Shown here: positions 33,802-45,521 of the stretch, piece after piece | Layout of the letters: each line of letters starts with the position of its first letter | Position numbering within the stretch: position 1 is the first letter of the stretch | NCBI GenBank assembly: GCA_946965045.2 | Contig: OX337232.1 | Coordinates: 682,001 to 746,000 of the forward strand | Length of the DNA: 64,000 nucleotides | Source: Epithemia pelagica | Taxonomy: Eukaryota; Protista; Bacillariophyta | Reading direction: 5' to 3' | The notes under the pieces: generated by a model | Databases searched by the model: none | Told to the model about the DNA's origin: nothing | The model's input: only the letters and a program-made list of their open reading frames with translations | Position numbers and translations under genes: made by a program

Positions 33802-36672
33802 ATGGATCCTCAACCACCCAAGACACCTACGACTCCTAAGGGAGAAGATAACCAAGACAATGTCTCGAACACAGACTTATTCGACCACATCATATATACT
33901 GTCTGTCAATACTTTACCAAAGAAAGAGCTGACTATTTAATGAAGTGGATGAAATACCATGGTTTTGAGAACATCACTCATGTTATCTCGTACATGCAAA
34001 CCAATACTGAGGAATCCATGAACGAATTAACCCAATACAAGGTCAACAACAAGACGCAGGATCTGCAAGGTCCTACAAGACAACAGATCAAGCTCTTAGC
34101 CTATTGGGCCATACACAAGACCAATGAAATTCAAGATGAGCTATCCAATAGCGACTGGATGAACCTAACGAGGAAAGAGTTCAACATTTGGAGGATCAAT
34201 ACAAATTTCTCCAATGGACAACCTAGCCAAGTCCCAGTCTCGCCAATGAAGTCGCCGTCATCTGCAAAATCTGTCAGCACAGTTACTGCCGCATCCCAAT
34301 CTCAACAAGACCTAACGGCGTTCAGAAAGGGAACTAAGCGCGACGCAACTGCATATGAGGTATTCAAGGATGAACGATACTACGATTCATTCTGGCGTGT
34401 ATTCAAGACTACAGCTAAGGCACAAGGCCTATCCAACGTTCTGAATTTCAAGTACACACCTCCCAAAGATGATGAGTATGCTGAAGAACTATTCCAAGAG
34501 CAACAAGTATTTCTTTACTCCGTTCTTGTCCGTATTATCCAGACTGACCAAGGTCGAGCCTATGTACGTGAACATGAACATGATGAAGATGCGCGTGCCG
34601 TATTGAAGAAGTTACATTCATGACATACCGAATCTGATCTTGCAAAACGAGAAGTCCTACGTTTAACCAACTACATTTCCAATCTACGTCTTGATGACAC
34701 ATGGCGCGGAACAACACGTCAATTTCTTCTACACTTTCAAGAGCAGCTACGTTTGCTAGACAATCTTGTGACATTGTCTGATCGCATCCCTGATCATACC
34801 AGGATGACTTTCCTCATGCAAGCTGTAGAAAAGGTACCTGATCTCCGCCGAGTCAAGATCTTGGACAATGTGGTGAACACAAAATCCGGTGCAAAATCCC
34901 TTTGCTATCAATCATACTTCCGTCTCCTTCTAGACGCAGCTTATGACCATGATCAAGCAACCCAGTCATCTGCACATAGTCGCCGTCGACATGTCAAACA
35001 ACATGATTCACAATACGGCCAAGATACAGATGCTGACTTACTTCCACAAGATGATATGGAGTATCATGTTCACAACACTAACGTGACATCTGACTCTCCA
35101 TCCTCTTCATCTAAGGTTAGTCTGCCGCGTGACCTATGGTTCAAACTTTCTGAAGAAGATCGCAAGTTGATCATTGAGTACAACAAGATGATTCATGCAC
35201 CATCATCAACAACGCCAAGGAAAGTGCAGACGCATGCCCTTGACATTGATCCAGAACCTGATCCTGACCCCAGTCAAGAAGCTGTTTCTAAAAACGCTTC
35301 ACTTGGTGCAACTTCCGAGCATCAAGATGAGTCAGATCCAGTTACACAATTCATCAACCAAGCCATGACGACTGACATCAATCATCCAGCATCTGACTTG
35401 ACCAGTCTTCTATTTAACGCCAAGTCTAAAACAAGCAAGAAGGTTAGCCTCAAGGCCAATATGCATAAACAGGAAGGACACATACTGCGCTATCTGTCTT
35501 CCAGGAAATCTACTCTCCCTGGAAACCAATTGGTTGACCGTGGTGCTAATGGAGGACTTGCTGGTTCTGGCATGCGCATCCTTTCTAAGACTGGTCGTCA
35601 TATATCCATTATGGGTATTGACAATCATCAGCTTGCTGGGATTCCTATTGTCACATGTGCCGCTAAGTTTGAAACCAATGATGGACCCATTATTGGCATC
35701 TTCAATGAATATGCATTCTACGGAAAAGGACAATCGATCCATGCTCCTGGACAATTCGAGCACTTCGGACATGCTGTTGATGAACGATCCGTTAAAGTTG
35801 AAGGAAAACAATGCATCACAACACTTGATGGCCATGCTTTGTCTCTGCACATCAAAGAGGGACTAGCATACATTCACTCCTTAGGTATCCCCAGTGATGA
35901 TGACATGGAGACGTTACCTCAGATCATCTTCACATCACCTGATACATGGGATCCTGGTGTTTTGGATCATTCACATTCTGACCCATCGCATGACCCTGCT
36001 TCTACTTCTTGGCAACAAGTCAACACTGATGGTAGCATGGTGAACTATCCATATGACAATTATGGGGAGTACAAAGATCGTGTTGTCTGCAATCTCAATC
36101 TTCTTTTGGATTTGCCATATGACCATGGACCTGACAATACATCCTTATTCTCTGTATATGCTGATGCAAATGGTAATGATCCTATTACCCTTCATACCTC
36201 TGTCCACCGTCGTTACCAGGAAGCATATGACTGGGAGAAGTTCTGTCCATTCTTTGATCGGCAATCTGAAGACGTTATCGTTTATACATTCCAGCATACA
36301 ACACATAATGGAAGCTTCTGTCGTATTACCGGGTACAAGAAGCCATCGCAGCAAAGTATGTTGTATCCTATTGGAAGGATGGGGAGACCAACCCTGCTGA
36401 CATCCTTAGCAAGCATTGGGAATTTGCAACCATCTGACCCCTACTCAAGCCATTGTTATTCTGGAGTGGAGAAGTACGAGAACTCAACAAATCCAACGAT
36501 GACAAGGCTGAACCAACGAATTGTGGGGAGTAGTAGGATTCTCACCGTTATCCATTGGTTAGATCCGGCATCTTATCGGTTAGCCGAGTCCCGAGGCTTC
36601 GAAGCACCATCTATGCCACCCATCTCCGTCCTATGTTCCCTAGCTGGCGCTAAATCGACCCGCATTTCATGA
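33802..36672 (+). pseudogene. gag-pol: gag-protease polyprotein with an in-frame TGA (34621-34623), fused across a deletion to the RNase H end and 3' LTR
   Basis: FRKGTKRDATAY gag motif and LVDRGANGG protease motif. After ~36315 another frame reads LSYYRVQEAIAA...NPADILSKHW (RNase H end). No integrase core or RT motifs are present. Confidence 0.88.
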
Positions 36673-37303
36673 AAAGTGAGATCAGAATGACGGCATGCTC
36701 GCGGACCTTTAATTTCGGCCATGGCATGCTCGCAATGCGCGTGTTTTCAACGACCGCTCAGAAATGAACTATGGCCCTACACGTGCGCGCCCAATATTCT
36801 CAAGCGCGCGCAACTACTATCCGAGTGCGCATTTCCACGACTTAACTCAGCGGCTTAAGTAAATGAAGCACGATTCACGATCACGCGAGACCATATTTCC
36901 ATTCCCACAATTCCAAAAATGCAATCAGCAACGCGCCAAGAGAACTACCTATATCACAACAAAGCAAGAGCTGTTGGCATTGGTATATGATATACAAGTG
37001 CATATACTTCCAATACACAATATCCATGTCTACTCCAACCAGACCAGTCCTGTCAGCGCCATGAATATATCTTTCATGCACCCTGGCCAGACCTGAACAT
37101 CAAAACACACACCGTAGTCCTAAAGCTCACAATCTAACAATATCACCATTTATCACATCCTCTTTTGTGTCCCGACTATCCTTTTGATAGACTACGACTT
37201 GGTTGTATCTCTGACCCGTGGAGATACTTCTATCGGTTGGTGACCTACCTGATTGTCTGCTCTACCGAGCATTATCCCCCATGAGTTTGAAAGAATTCTA
37301 CTA
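36531..37303 (+). repeat. 3' LTR (773 bp)
   Basis: Follows the PPT-like GGGGAG and is followed by the TSD AACAG. Confidence 0.93.
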
Positions 37304-37484
37304 AACAGAAAGAGGAGCGGCAGCGCACCCAGCGGCAATCTTTGATCGTGGATGCGCGACGATGGACAACCATGGCCGTTGATAAAGGGCAATCTATCGT
37401 GCGAGTTTTGACACCACACTGAGTTACTCTATAGCATGAAGCAAACATCATGCATATTTCTATTCCCCCTTCTTTCCACACTGT

Positions 37485-38186
37485 CTACATTTCATTGAAT
37501 TCGAGAAAGAAACTGTTGTGGCGATTCTGGGAAACAAGGTCGGCGATGGACAAGGCGCTCCCGCCCAAAATATTGATATCCGAAAAGTGCGAGTCATTCG
37601 GAGACACATGAAACTCCAGGGGGTTTCCCGTGAGCAATTCAGCATTCACGCAATTCGGGATAGGATTTCCTTTATTTCCGCCGCACAATGCTTCCATCGC
37701 CTTAGTGCAGACGAAAGAGAACGGGGAACCAGTGTCCACAAGGAAAAAAATGTTGACGAAAGGCAACGGCTTCTTGGGACTGACGGGATCGTTGTGAGCA
37801 CTCACTCGTCGGCAAGGAAGGTTCAGCAGGAATCGCTTGTTGTTGCCAATAATGCTTCCGTAAACTTTTCGGTTCTTGTAGCGCAGAAGCTCCTCGTGCT
37901 TCTGCAAGTGCGAAAGGTACTGTACTTCAAAACGGGAGGAGAGGTCATGCGCCAGATATGCTGCAGTGATATCGGTCAAGAGAACGTCGAACTTGCAGGG
38001 CGCAAGATAGTTGACATCGTCCACAACTAGCGATTCTTCGCTCAACTTCAACTCTGGGGAGTCGCCCTCCGTAGTCGCAGTCGGGTTTTGGGGGAGGCCA
38101 ACGGCTGCGGCGGCATCGGTGCCTACCCGTTCTTTCTTCTCGAACGAAACTGGAGTGTGGGGATGATTCATCTTGTTTAGTCTCAA
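37485..38186 (-). CDS. Single-domain retropepsin-like aspartic protease; start uncertain
   Basis: FFLVDTGSPFSFV active-site motif and INILG C-terminal motif. Confidence 0.7.
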   Translation of the reverse strand: MRLNKMNHPHTPVSFEKKERVGTDAAAAVGLPQNPTATTEGDSPELKLSEESLVVDDVNYLAPCKFDVLLTDITAAYLAHDLSSRFEVQYLSHLQKHEELLRYKNRKVYGSIIGNNKRFLLNLPCRRVSAHNDPVSPKKPLPFVNIFFLVDTGSPFSFVCTKAMEALCGGNKGNPIPNCVNAELLTGNPLEFHVSPNDSHFSDINILGGSALSIADLVSQNRHNSFFLEFNEM

Positions 38187-39029
38187 GAGGTAAGTGGATT
38201 ATTCACCGGCAAAACAGTCAAATTGCTGTACAAATACTGCAAGGGACAAGGGGCATGCAGTTCACGATTGTGAAGCGCCACTGGTCGATTCTTATCGATG
38301 CAACAAGGACACTTCCCCGATGTGTTTTTCTTAGCATCTTGTCGTCGAATTGAACGACGGACAGCAACAATGGAGAGACGCCCACGCCCACGCTCGTCAT
38401 GTAATATGTGCAACAAACACGCTTTTTTAGTCCCTCGCCATGACTTAAAAATAGTATTGGGTGGAGGAGGCGGTCTCTCCGTAGTCCGTAGGAGTAGTTC
38501 GCTTTGTCTTATAGTAGCTACTGCTATCTGCTATGGAAAATGCTACTCCAGGGCTTGAACCCCAAGCACTTCATATTCATACCATACTTTCACTCCTTAG
38601 GTGAATAGCTGGTACACAATAGAGACCGAAATAATAGAAAGAATTACCCAAAACCCAAACCTGCAACTCTACCAGGAACCAGGATTCAAAAGAGTATAGG
38701 AGAAGTTAGATTTTATATCGAAGAGGAAACATAATTTATGAAAACCTTCCAAAGTGCGATATCATCAAGAATACGATGTATGGAACCCAACCACAGCAAA
38801 GCCATGTCACGTCAACCAAACAGATTGGCAATTTCATACTCCTCTTACATGGACGTCAAGTCCAACAGCTCACGTCCCATTACTGCAGAGTACAACGGCC
38901 TCCTGCCAATCACGAAATAGGTTTGGTTGCGTTCTGTCACTATCCATTCTCCATACTAGTAGAGCCGTATCTACCACCACAACATCACATTGCTTGGCTG
39001 ACAAAGCATCGGGAGGATACCATGGTGTT

Positions 39030-40547
39030 CTATTCTTCTTCCTCGTCTTCTTCGGCAATGTTGGAGAGACCGGATCGATTTAGGACTTGTTTGTTCTTGA
39101 CCGTTTCTCGATTAATGACGGCTTGAAATTCTTCAAACGAGATCTTTCCATCTCCATCGGTATCGGCTTCCTTCAATAAGCGGTCGAGGTAGTCACTGTC
39201 CATATTGGATACGCCCAAGACATCCTTCAAGTTTTGTCGGGTAATGTACCCGCATCGATCCAAATCCAAACTATGAAAGGCTTCCGCAACCTTGTCTTGT
39301 TGCAATTCACCCAGGGTTTCCAGCAAGGCAGCAATGAATTCGGTGTAACTAATTTCACCCGTGGGGTTCACATTGGCCTTTTGAAACCAAGTATCGACAC
39401 AAACGTCTTGACCAAAGCCAGCCCGTTGCAAACCGGTCTGCAATTCTTCTAGCGAAAGAGTTCCATCGTGATTGGAATCAAGCGAATGAAAGACTTGACG
39501 AAGTTTGAGAATTTCTTGTTGTGATGAACTCTTGTGGGCAATGGTGAGCAATACCATTTTGCGAAATTCGGACGATTCCACAGCATCCTCTCCCGCATCA
39601 CTGTGATCCTCATTGTCGTGTTCGAGCAATTGTTCCATCTGTGAGGCGGCAATATGGTCCAAGAGACAGAGGGTACTTTTGACGTCGCAAATCACACGAT
39701 TGTTGCGTGGTAATTTCCGACAAGCACAGCGATTTCAAGGCTTGATCGGCCGTGTATCGTAATTTGGGTTCCATTTGCAAACACTTTTTGATAAAGTCCT
39801 TGGCTTCTTTGGAAATGGTCTTCCATTTCTTGCCTTCCATACTATATTTGCCGGCCACGATCTTTTTGGCCATTTCCTTGCGCGTGCTTCCGCCAAAGGG
39901 CATGTCACCGACCAGTAACATGTATGTGACGACTCCAATCGACCACATGTCGGCCTGCTTGTCATAGTCACCCTTGATGACTTGCGGACTCATGGTATAG
40001 ACTGTACCAACCTTGTCGGTGAATCGTTGATTCTTACCATAGCGTTGGGCCAATCCAAAATCAATCAATTTCACTTCGGCGTCGGGCGCGGTACTTTCAA
40101 ACATGATGTTTTCGTGCTTAATGTCGCGATGCTGATGTGTCATGTACGAGATGGAATGTCACCAAATGGAGAGATGGACGTCACAACAGAAAATAGTCAG
40201 GGTATAAAAGGGACGATGGACGACGACGTGACTTGCCACCAAGCTGCAAACACACACGTCTTTAGCAACACAGGATATATAATACGTACGATAATGCCGA
40301 GCAAGTGTAGGTAATTGATCGCTTCCACCAGTTTGGCCACAATCACCTTGGCCTGGTGTTCGGACGAACAGGGGGATCGGGTGTGCAAATCTCCGCCACT
40401 GCAATATTCCATGACAATGCTAATCCCGGGTCCTTTTCTGGATGGTTGTTTGGACTTGGAGGACTTTTTGTTGTTGTTCTTTTGTGTGTCGTAGACTTCA
40501 ACGGCCTTGAGAATATTGGGATGATCAATGACTTTGAGCAAGTTGAG
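39030..40547 (-). pseudogene. CDPK: CDPK paralog, 5'-truncated and frameshifted; intron 40132-40289
   Basis: Homology to CDPK1 stops at ~40547 (LLKVIDHPNIL). An extra base in the T-run at 39677-39680 shifts the frame between kinase and EF-hands. Confidence 0.88.
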
Positions 40548-41727
40548 TAAGGGAATGTACTCGTAGAAAATGACTCTCTAGCAGCCTAAAAACTCACCCC
40601 CGCTGGGGGGTAGGCCCTCCTTGAGCCCAATGCATTATCGAACTTGGAATGTCGTTGAGTTTGTACACTTTTCTCTATTGATTGTAAATGGAGGTGAGCA
40701 GCTGCTACGGAACTCGGAAGTGAATCATTCATCATCAGATGCGTCGCGGTTCCGTCGCTCCAAAAATCGTATAATCCCGATCGAGAGTCTCCGCAAAAAG
40801 TCAATAGTGATTTATGACCAAAAAAGGATTCCACCGCTCCGTTGTAATGGTCGGAAAAGATACCCCACGCACACAACAACCAACACAAGGACACAAGGAC
40901 ACAACGCCATCATGGCACAAAAGAGTCGTTGTCGGAATATCAGAGGACGGCACACAAGATTCCAGTTCTGTTGTTATTTTGCGTTGGCACTCATCTTGGG
41001 GTAACCACTTGTGGTGTCCAGACCGGCAAGGGTGGAATCTACCGAACCGACTATGTGATGACAGGACCACACAATTGGACCATTGGCATTGTCTCTACTC
41101 CTCTATCAACACTCGAGCTGTTGGTTGTATCGATCCTATACTGCATCAACTGAGTATCATTTCCGTTCCAGTTCCATCCTCTACATACTGTGGACAATAG
41201 CCGTCTCCCATTCCGTGTGTCTCGATGCAAGACCCTCTCGTCTTTTGCTGCCAACCATTGGCGTCTACAGGGTTACAGAGAACCAATTTCCCTGTGCGAC
41301 AACAATGCGTCCCTCGAATGTGCCCACAGAACTGAGCGTTGTACGATGGAGCGGTCGGTCGTAGGCGTGCCAGAGTTCCTCGCAATGCGGAGAATCGCGT
41401 GTTCGAAAACATCATGTGGTCTCGCAGGAAGCACCCACGAAAATGTTGCATCGGGTGAATCCAATTGAAAAACAAAGACTAGAAGAAGACAGAGGACGAG
41501 GAGGTGAGATCATGCGAGTGGCTGCATGTCTCTCGACTTGTAGAGCGTGTCGCACTCGCTCGTATTCCACTGAATGTAAAGACTCAAGTCCAAATGCTCA
41601 ACTCTGTGGACGCAAGCATACCTCCTCCTATCAAGAGATTCCGCTTTGTGACTGTACAGCGCTGGAGCAACGTTTTCAGTCCTATACTTTCCTGTAAGCA
41701 AAAAGGGACCAACGGAGAGGTTACAAA

Positions 41728-44275
41728 CTAGACTTTGGGAGAAGTTTCTTCAAATGCTTTGTCCTTCATAATAAGGCTCTTGATGCGCTCCTTGAGCTCA
41801 CGAGATACAACGTTCTTATCCACCACTGCTGTTGCCGCCTCAACGCGGCAATCCATTGTATTTTCCAGTTCTTGGATCTTGGTCTGTGTCGGATCACTCA
41901 TGTACTTTGGATAGTCGTCAACAGACCACATGCAAACAGAACCGGCAGCAAAAAACGCCAAAGCAAAACCCAGTCCTGTCTCATCATGCTTTTCAGCAGG
42001 TTTCCAGGGTTGCAGTCCCTTGAGATACGCATTGAATATTTCCCGATGCACAAACATGGGTGTTCCAAAAAAGCCCGCGACATTATTGTCGCTACTGCCG
42101 GTGCTTGTACTGCTCGGACGTTTGTAGGCAAGAGAATAGTCGATCAGAACAGCCTTCCGGTCAACAAACACAATATTCTTGGGCGAAACGTCCAGATGAA
42201 AGATGTTGTTCGAATGCATGTGGTTCAATGCAGAGACTACTCCATTCAAAACTGCAGTAAGCTAGACACCTTGGACGTCTTTATCTTGACTCTCTGAAAA
42301 ATGAAACGAAGCCGGGATTCCTTCAGGTTTCATTCGGATCGCTGGAAGGTCTACCCTAACTGATCCGATTTGAACCTGAATGGATTTCAATGATTCGTCG
42401 ATAAGTATTGGGATGTGCTCGTTTTGTTGGCATGAGGTTGCAGTCAGCTCTTGAAGAATTTCCAGCTCATGTTCAATATCGTGTTTGACTCTGTACCGAG
42501 ATACTTTTACTACACCGTCACGCTTCTTGCGAGAATTCAGTCGACAGAACACTACAGCCGTACTACCTGAGCCAAATTGAGTACCAAGTTCTTTGCTCTC
42601 CAGATTTGTGGAGAACCCTTGCAGATCGTTACTCTTTTGAACCATCAAGTTGAACAGAAGGCGGAGACCTTTTGGCACATTGCATTCATCAACACCATCG
42701 GTGCCGTCCTCACCAAAAAGTTCCTTTCGCAAGTCGCCCTTTCCCTTCTCCGGGCCATCCTTGACCCACTTATCAAAATTCGTAGCACTCATCAGAGGTA
42801 GGAGAGGGGACTCGAAAAGTCTCAACTTTGCTTCTGCTGTACCAACTTTCTCGTACCGTAAATGAATCACTCTCACTCCAGCCATGTTTGCAACCAGACC
42901 TGTAGCATGGCATGGTACACCAATTCCGGCAAAGTTGAAACCAAGAAACAACTTCTTTGCTAAATGGGAAAGGACCTGGTCTCTACCCTCAGTGAGGAGT
43001 AAGAGTGGAGTTCCTCCGCGGCGCCAGCCGGGCTTGGTTTCCATAGGAATTTTTATATTGTGATCAAAAATGATACTCTGGTATCTTCCTTCTTTGTGGA
43101 ACATAAAGTCCACAAATCGTTTCGAACGCTGGTCTGTTGGTGGGATAGTCCCCTCCTTTCGAATGTAGCTTTCTGAAGAACTTAATGTATTATTCTTGGG
43201 AGGCTCCAGACATTTACCAACCAACTGCATCAATGCCTGTAGCAACGGTTGAATTCCCTCCTTCTCTTGCGCGTCAGGACCTGGCACTACTACCTCGCCA
43301 TTGGTGTAGAACTCGGGGGTTGCTATCCTCCGCAAAAATACAATTTTGCATAAACTCTTTCATCGTTGCGATGGAGTTTGCAATTTCCTCGACACAGGAG
43401 GACTTTTTGCTCTTTTGGAACACCTTGCATTTCGAGATATATGAATCAAAGCCAGCCGCCAATCTCTTGAGGCGCTCTTCTGCTTTAGTGGAATCTCTGG
43501 TTTTCCCCATCTCTGCAATTCTGGGAAAGATTGCATCAATAGACTCTGCGTTTCCTAGCACAGGAGAGAGGATAATGCTGTTGTCCGCAACGGGCATTGG
43601 TAATCTTGATTCCCAGGAGCAGTTTTGCAGCTTCGAAGAAGTTCCACTGGTGGTGGTACTGCACAAGCTGCCCTCTGCTTGGCCAAGACCAGATAGCATT
43701 AACAGTTGTCTTTCGATCTGCATTGTTGCTGTTTGTATGTCATGGAGCTTGATAATTAGCCTCCTTTTTTGAGCCTCCTGCTGAGCTTTTTGATACTGCT
43801 GCTGCAGCAATTCTCGGAAGTTCTCTGGAGTCTGTGGATCTGGGATTGCGGCCAATATTTTCCTGTCGTCAGGGTCCATGACGTTTTTGTCAATAGCATC
43901 TCCAGTCATATCAATAGACTCCTCTCCAGTAATATCAATATACACCTCTCCAGTCAGAAGTTCCTTCAAGTATGGTTTCCCCTCCATCCATTTGTACAAG
44001 TCCTTTTGTTGAAAGGAATCACCCGCCACTGTGAGAAGAAACGTTTCCTTCTTTTTGACACTGTCGCCCATACCAATGCCGTCTCGAAACACTGCATTGT
44101 TAGAATCTGCGCTTCGCGCTCTCAGTTCGGCTGCCATCACTGATGCATCTTCGTCCCTTGAGTCGTCTTCGGGATACCGCCGCTTCCTCCCGATTACGGA
44201 AACGCCAGGCTTTGTTGGAGTCACTCCTTCGTCGATGTTGATCCTGTCTTGTTCATTTCCTTGGCAATGCTCCAT
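41728..44275 (-). pseudogene. REase plus protein kinase (Crinkler/CR-effector-like), with a frameshift at ~43300 and an in-frame TAG at 42262-42264
   Basis: FVDFMF...IPMETKPG (PD-(D/E)xK-like) and QVLSHL; FGSGSTAVVF, VVKV, EHELEIL, HLDVSPKNIV, LIDYSLA and GTPMF (kinase). A possible first exon lies at 44627-44578. Confidence 0.85.
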
Positions 44276-45078
44276 GACAGATCGCCCACTCTGTCTCTCG
44301 ATATTCTGTCGCTCTGTCTTTGTGTGTGTGTCTCTTTCTTTCTCTCGGTGGCTCAGTGGTTGCTGCTTTGGTTAGAAAGACTTTGAGGTTTTGCGGTGGG
44401 AACAAGGTTCCTTCACGAAACATCGCTGTTCTGTTTTCACGAGGTCCGTTTGGATTTTGTTGTGATGCGAGTCGACAATGGCGATTCCATGGCCGCACAC
44501 TCTCTGGCGAGTATGCATCGCCTTCCCCCTTTCGAGAGTTGCTAGCTAACTTTATTGCAATCCTCTCATGACTCACCCCCGCTGGGGGTAAAGCTTCCTG
44601 ATACTCTCGAGCGAAAGTATCCGCCATTGATCAAGAGTGATTCATGACCATTCAAAGGCTTTAATCGCTGAGTAGTACCGGTCGGAAAAGATACCCCCAT
44701 GTTCGTCTGAGTTCAGTATGAACGGGACGGGTGGGCCGTAAGGCTTGGGGTCTGGGGTGGGAATTTCCAGAAAGACCAGCTGTACCGAAAACGGACGGAC
44801 AATAGAGTAAAAAGTACAATTGAGCAAACATGGCGGTTGATGAAACGGTTAAATATATATGGCAATGATATAGCAATGATTATTTTAATGGTCAGTCATG
44901 GTATGATTTGGAGGTGCACCTCCAACCGCGTAAAATGTGAGTGGCGACTCACCCTTGACGTATCGTTAGTAATAATGTATGACTCCCAACCATCAATCTA
45001 TGACCTCTACAAGCCATTTTTCTGTCGAAGCCTGTAATTTGACGTTGAATGACGTTACGAGCTCCCGGCTCACCATGG

Positions 45079-45502
45079 TACTAGTTCCTCGCTTCTCATC
45101 CAACGGTCGTGCTTCCTCAACGGTCTCGTGTGCAAACTCACATCCAAATAGATATAACACATATATTACTATGCATACCAATACTCTGGGGGGGCTATGC
45201 CCTCCACCCTCCTTTCCCAAGGTGGGCGAGAATCGTGATTCGCTCCAGTCATGTCAGGACTCGGATCCTGGCATGGTCTGTCCGTTACGCGCGAGTGTGA
45301 CTCCGATCAAGAATCCATCCCAGTCCAAACCCCAGTACGGAGCCAGAGAAACCTCGAAATATCTTCACAAGTTCTCTGCCGTATATTCCATGAGCTGCCA
45401 AGCCCTGGTCAACGTTTGGAGGATTTCATACAAGATCATCATCAGGCAAGCTGGCAACGACAAGCGAGCTAGGCCAACTCCGAAGAGTTGAGCCGAGCCA
45501 AT
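45079..45502. repeat. Repeat B2 (424 bp; copy B1 at 45759-46182)
   Basis: Offset of 680 bp; one substitution seen (GATCATC versus GATTATC). Confidence 0.95.
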
Positions 45503-45521
45503 CCCCCGGGCGGGTGGGTGG

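Larger units (their letters stand above)
32175..37303 (+). mobile_element. Ty1/Copia LTR retrotransposon (CoDi-like), internally deleted and non-autonomous
   Basis: TSD AACAG (32170-32174, 37304-37308). 773-bp LTRs at 32519-33291 and 36531-37303, each preceded by TGTGGGGAG. An extra partial LTR lies at 32175-32452. Confidence 0.93.

Noticed and set aside
11115-36437. TGA at two conserved Trp positions (HET SHRW at 11115; RNase H xWP at 36435), suggesting TGA=Trp recoding
   Set aside because: Intact genes here use TGG for Trp and TGA as a true stop (LRR, gag, YR). Other lesions are TAG stops or frameshifts, so ordinary decay explains it.
36454-37307. Canonical TGTT...AACA LTR boundaries
   Set aside because: 36454-36530 encodes the RNase H end and PPT, and AACAG is the TSD also present at 32170-32174. 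The upstream LTR ends at CTACTA followed by G.
38152-38162. GGAGTGTGGGG matching the Harbinger TIR start
   Set aside because: Only 11 bp, inside an ORF, with no partner TIR; this is chance level.
40577-40612. Helitron 3' end (GC hairpin plus CTAG 14 nt downstream on the minus strand)
   Set aside because: The hairpin-CTAG spacing is not kept at 44572 (about 30 nt) and CTAG is absent at 10209. A splice-donor reading fits better.
43185-43772. 195-aa plus-strand ORF, and similar antisense ORFs such as 11779-12417, 17836-18465, 21355-21987, 49437-49967 and 60259-60921
   Set aside because: They are antisense to well-supported genes and show no motifs.
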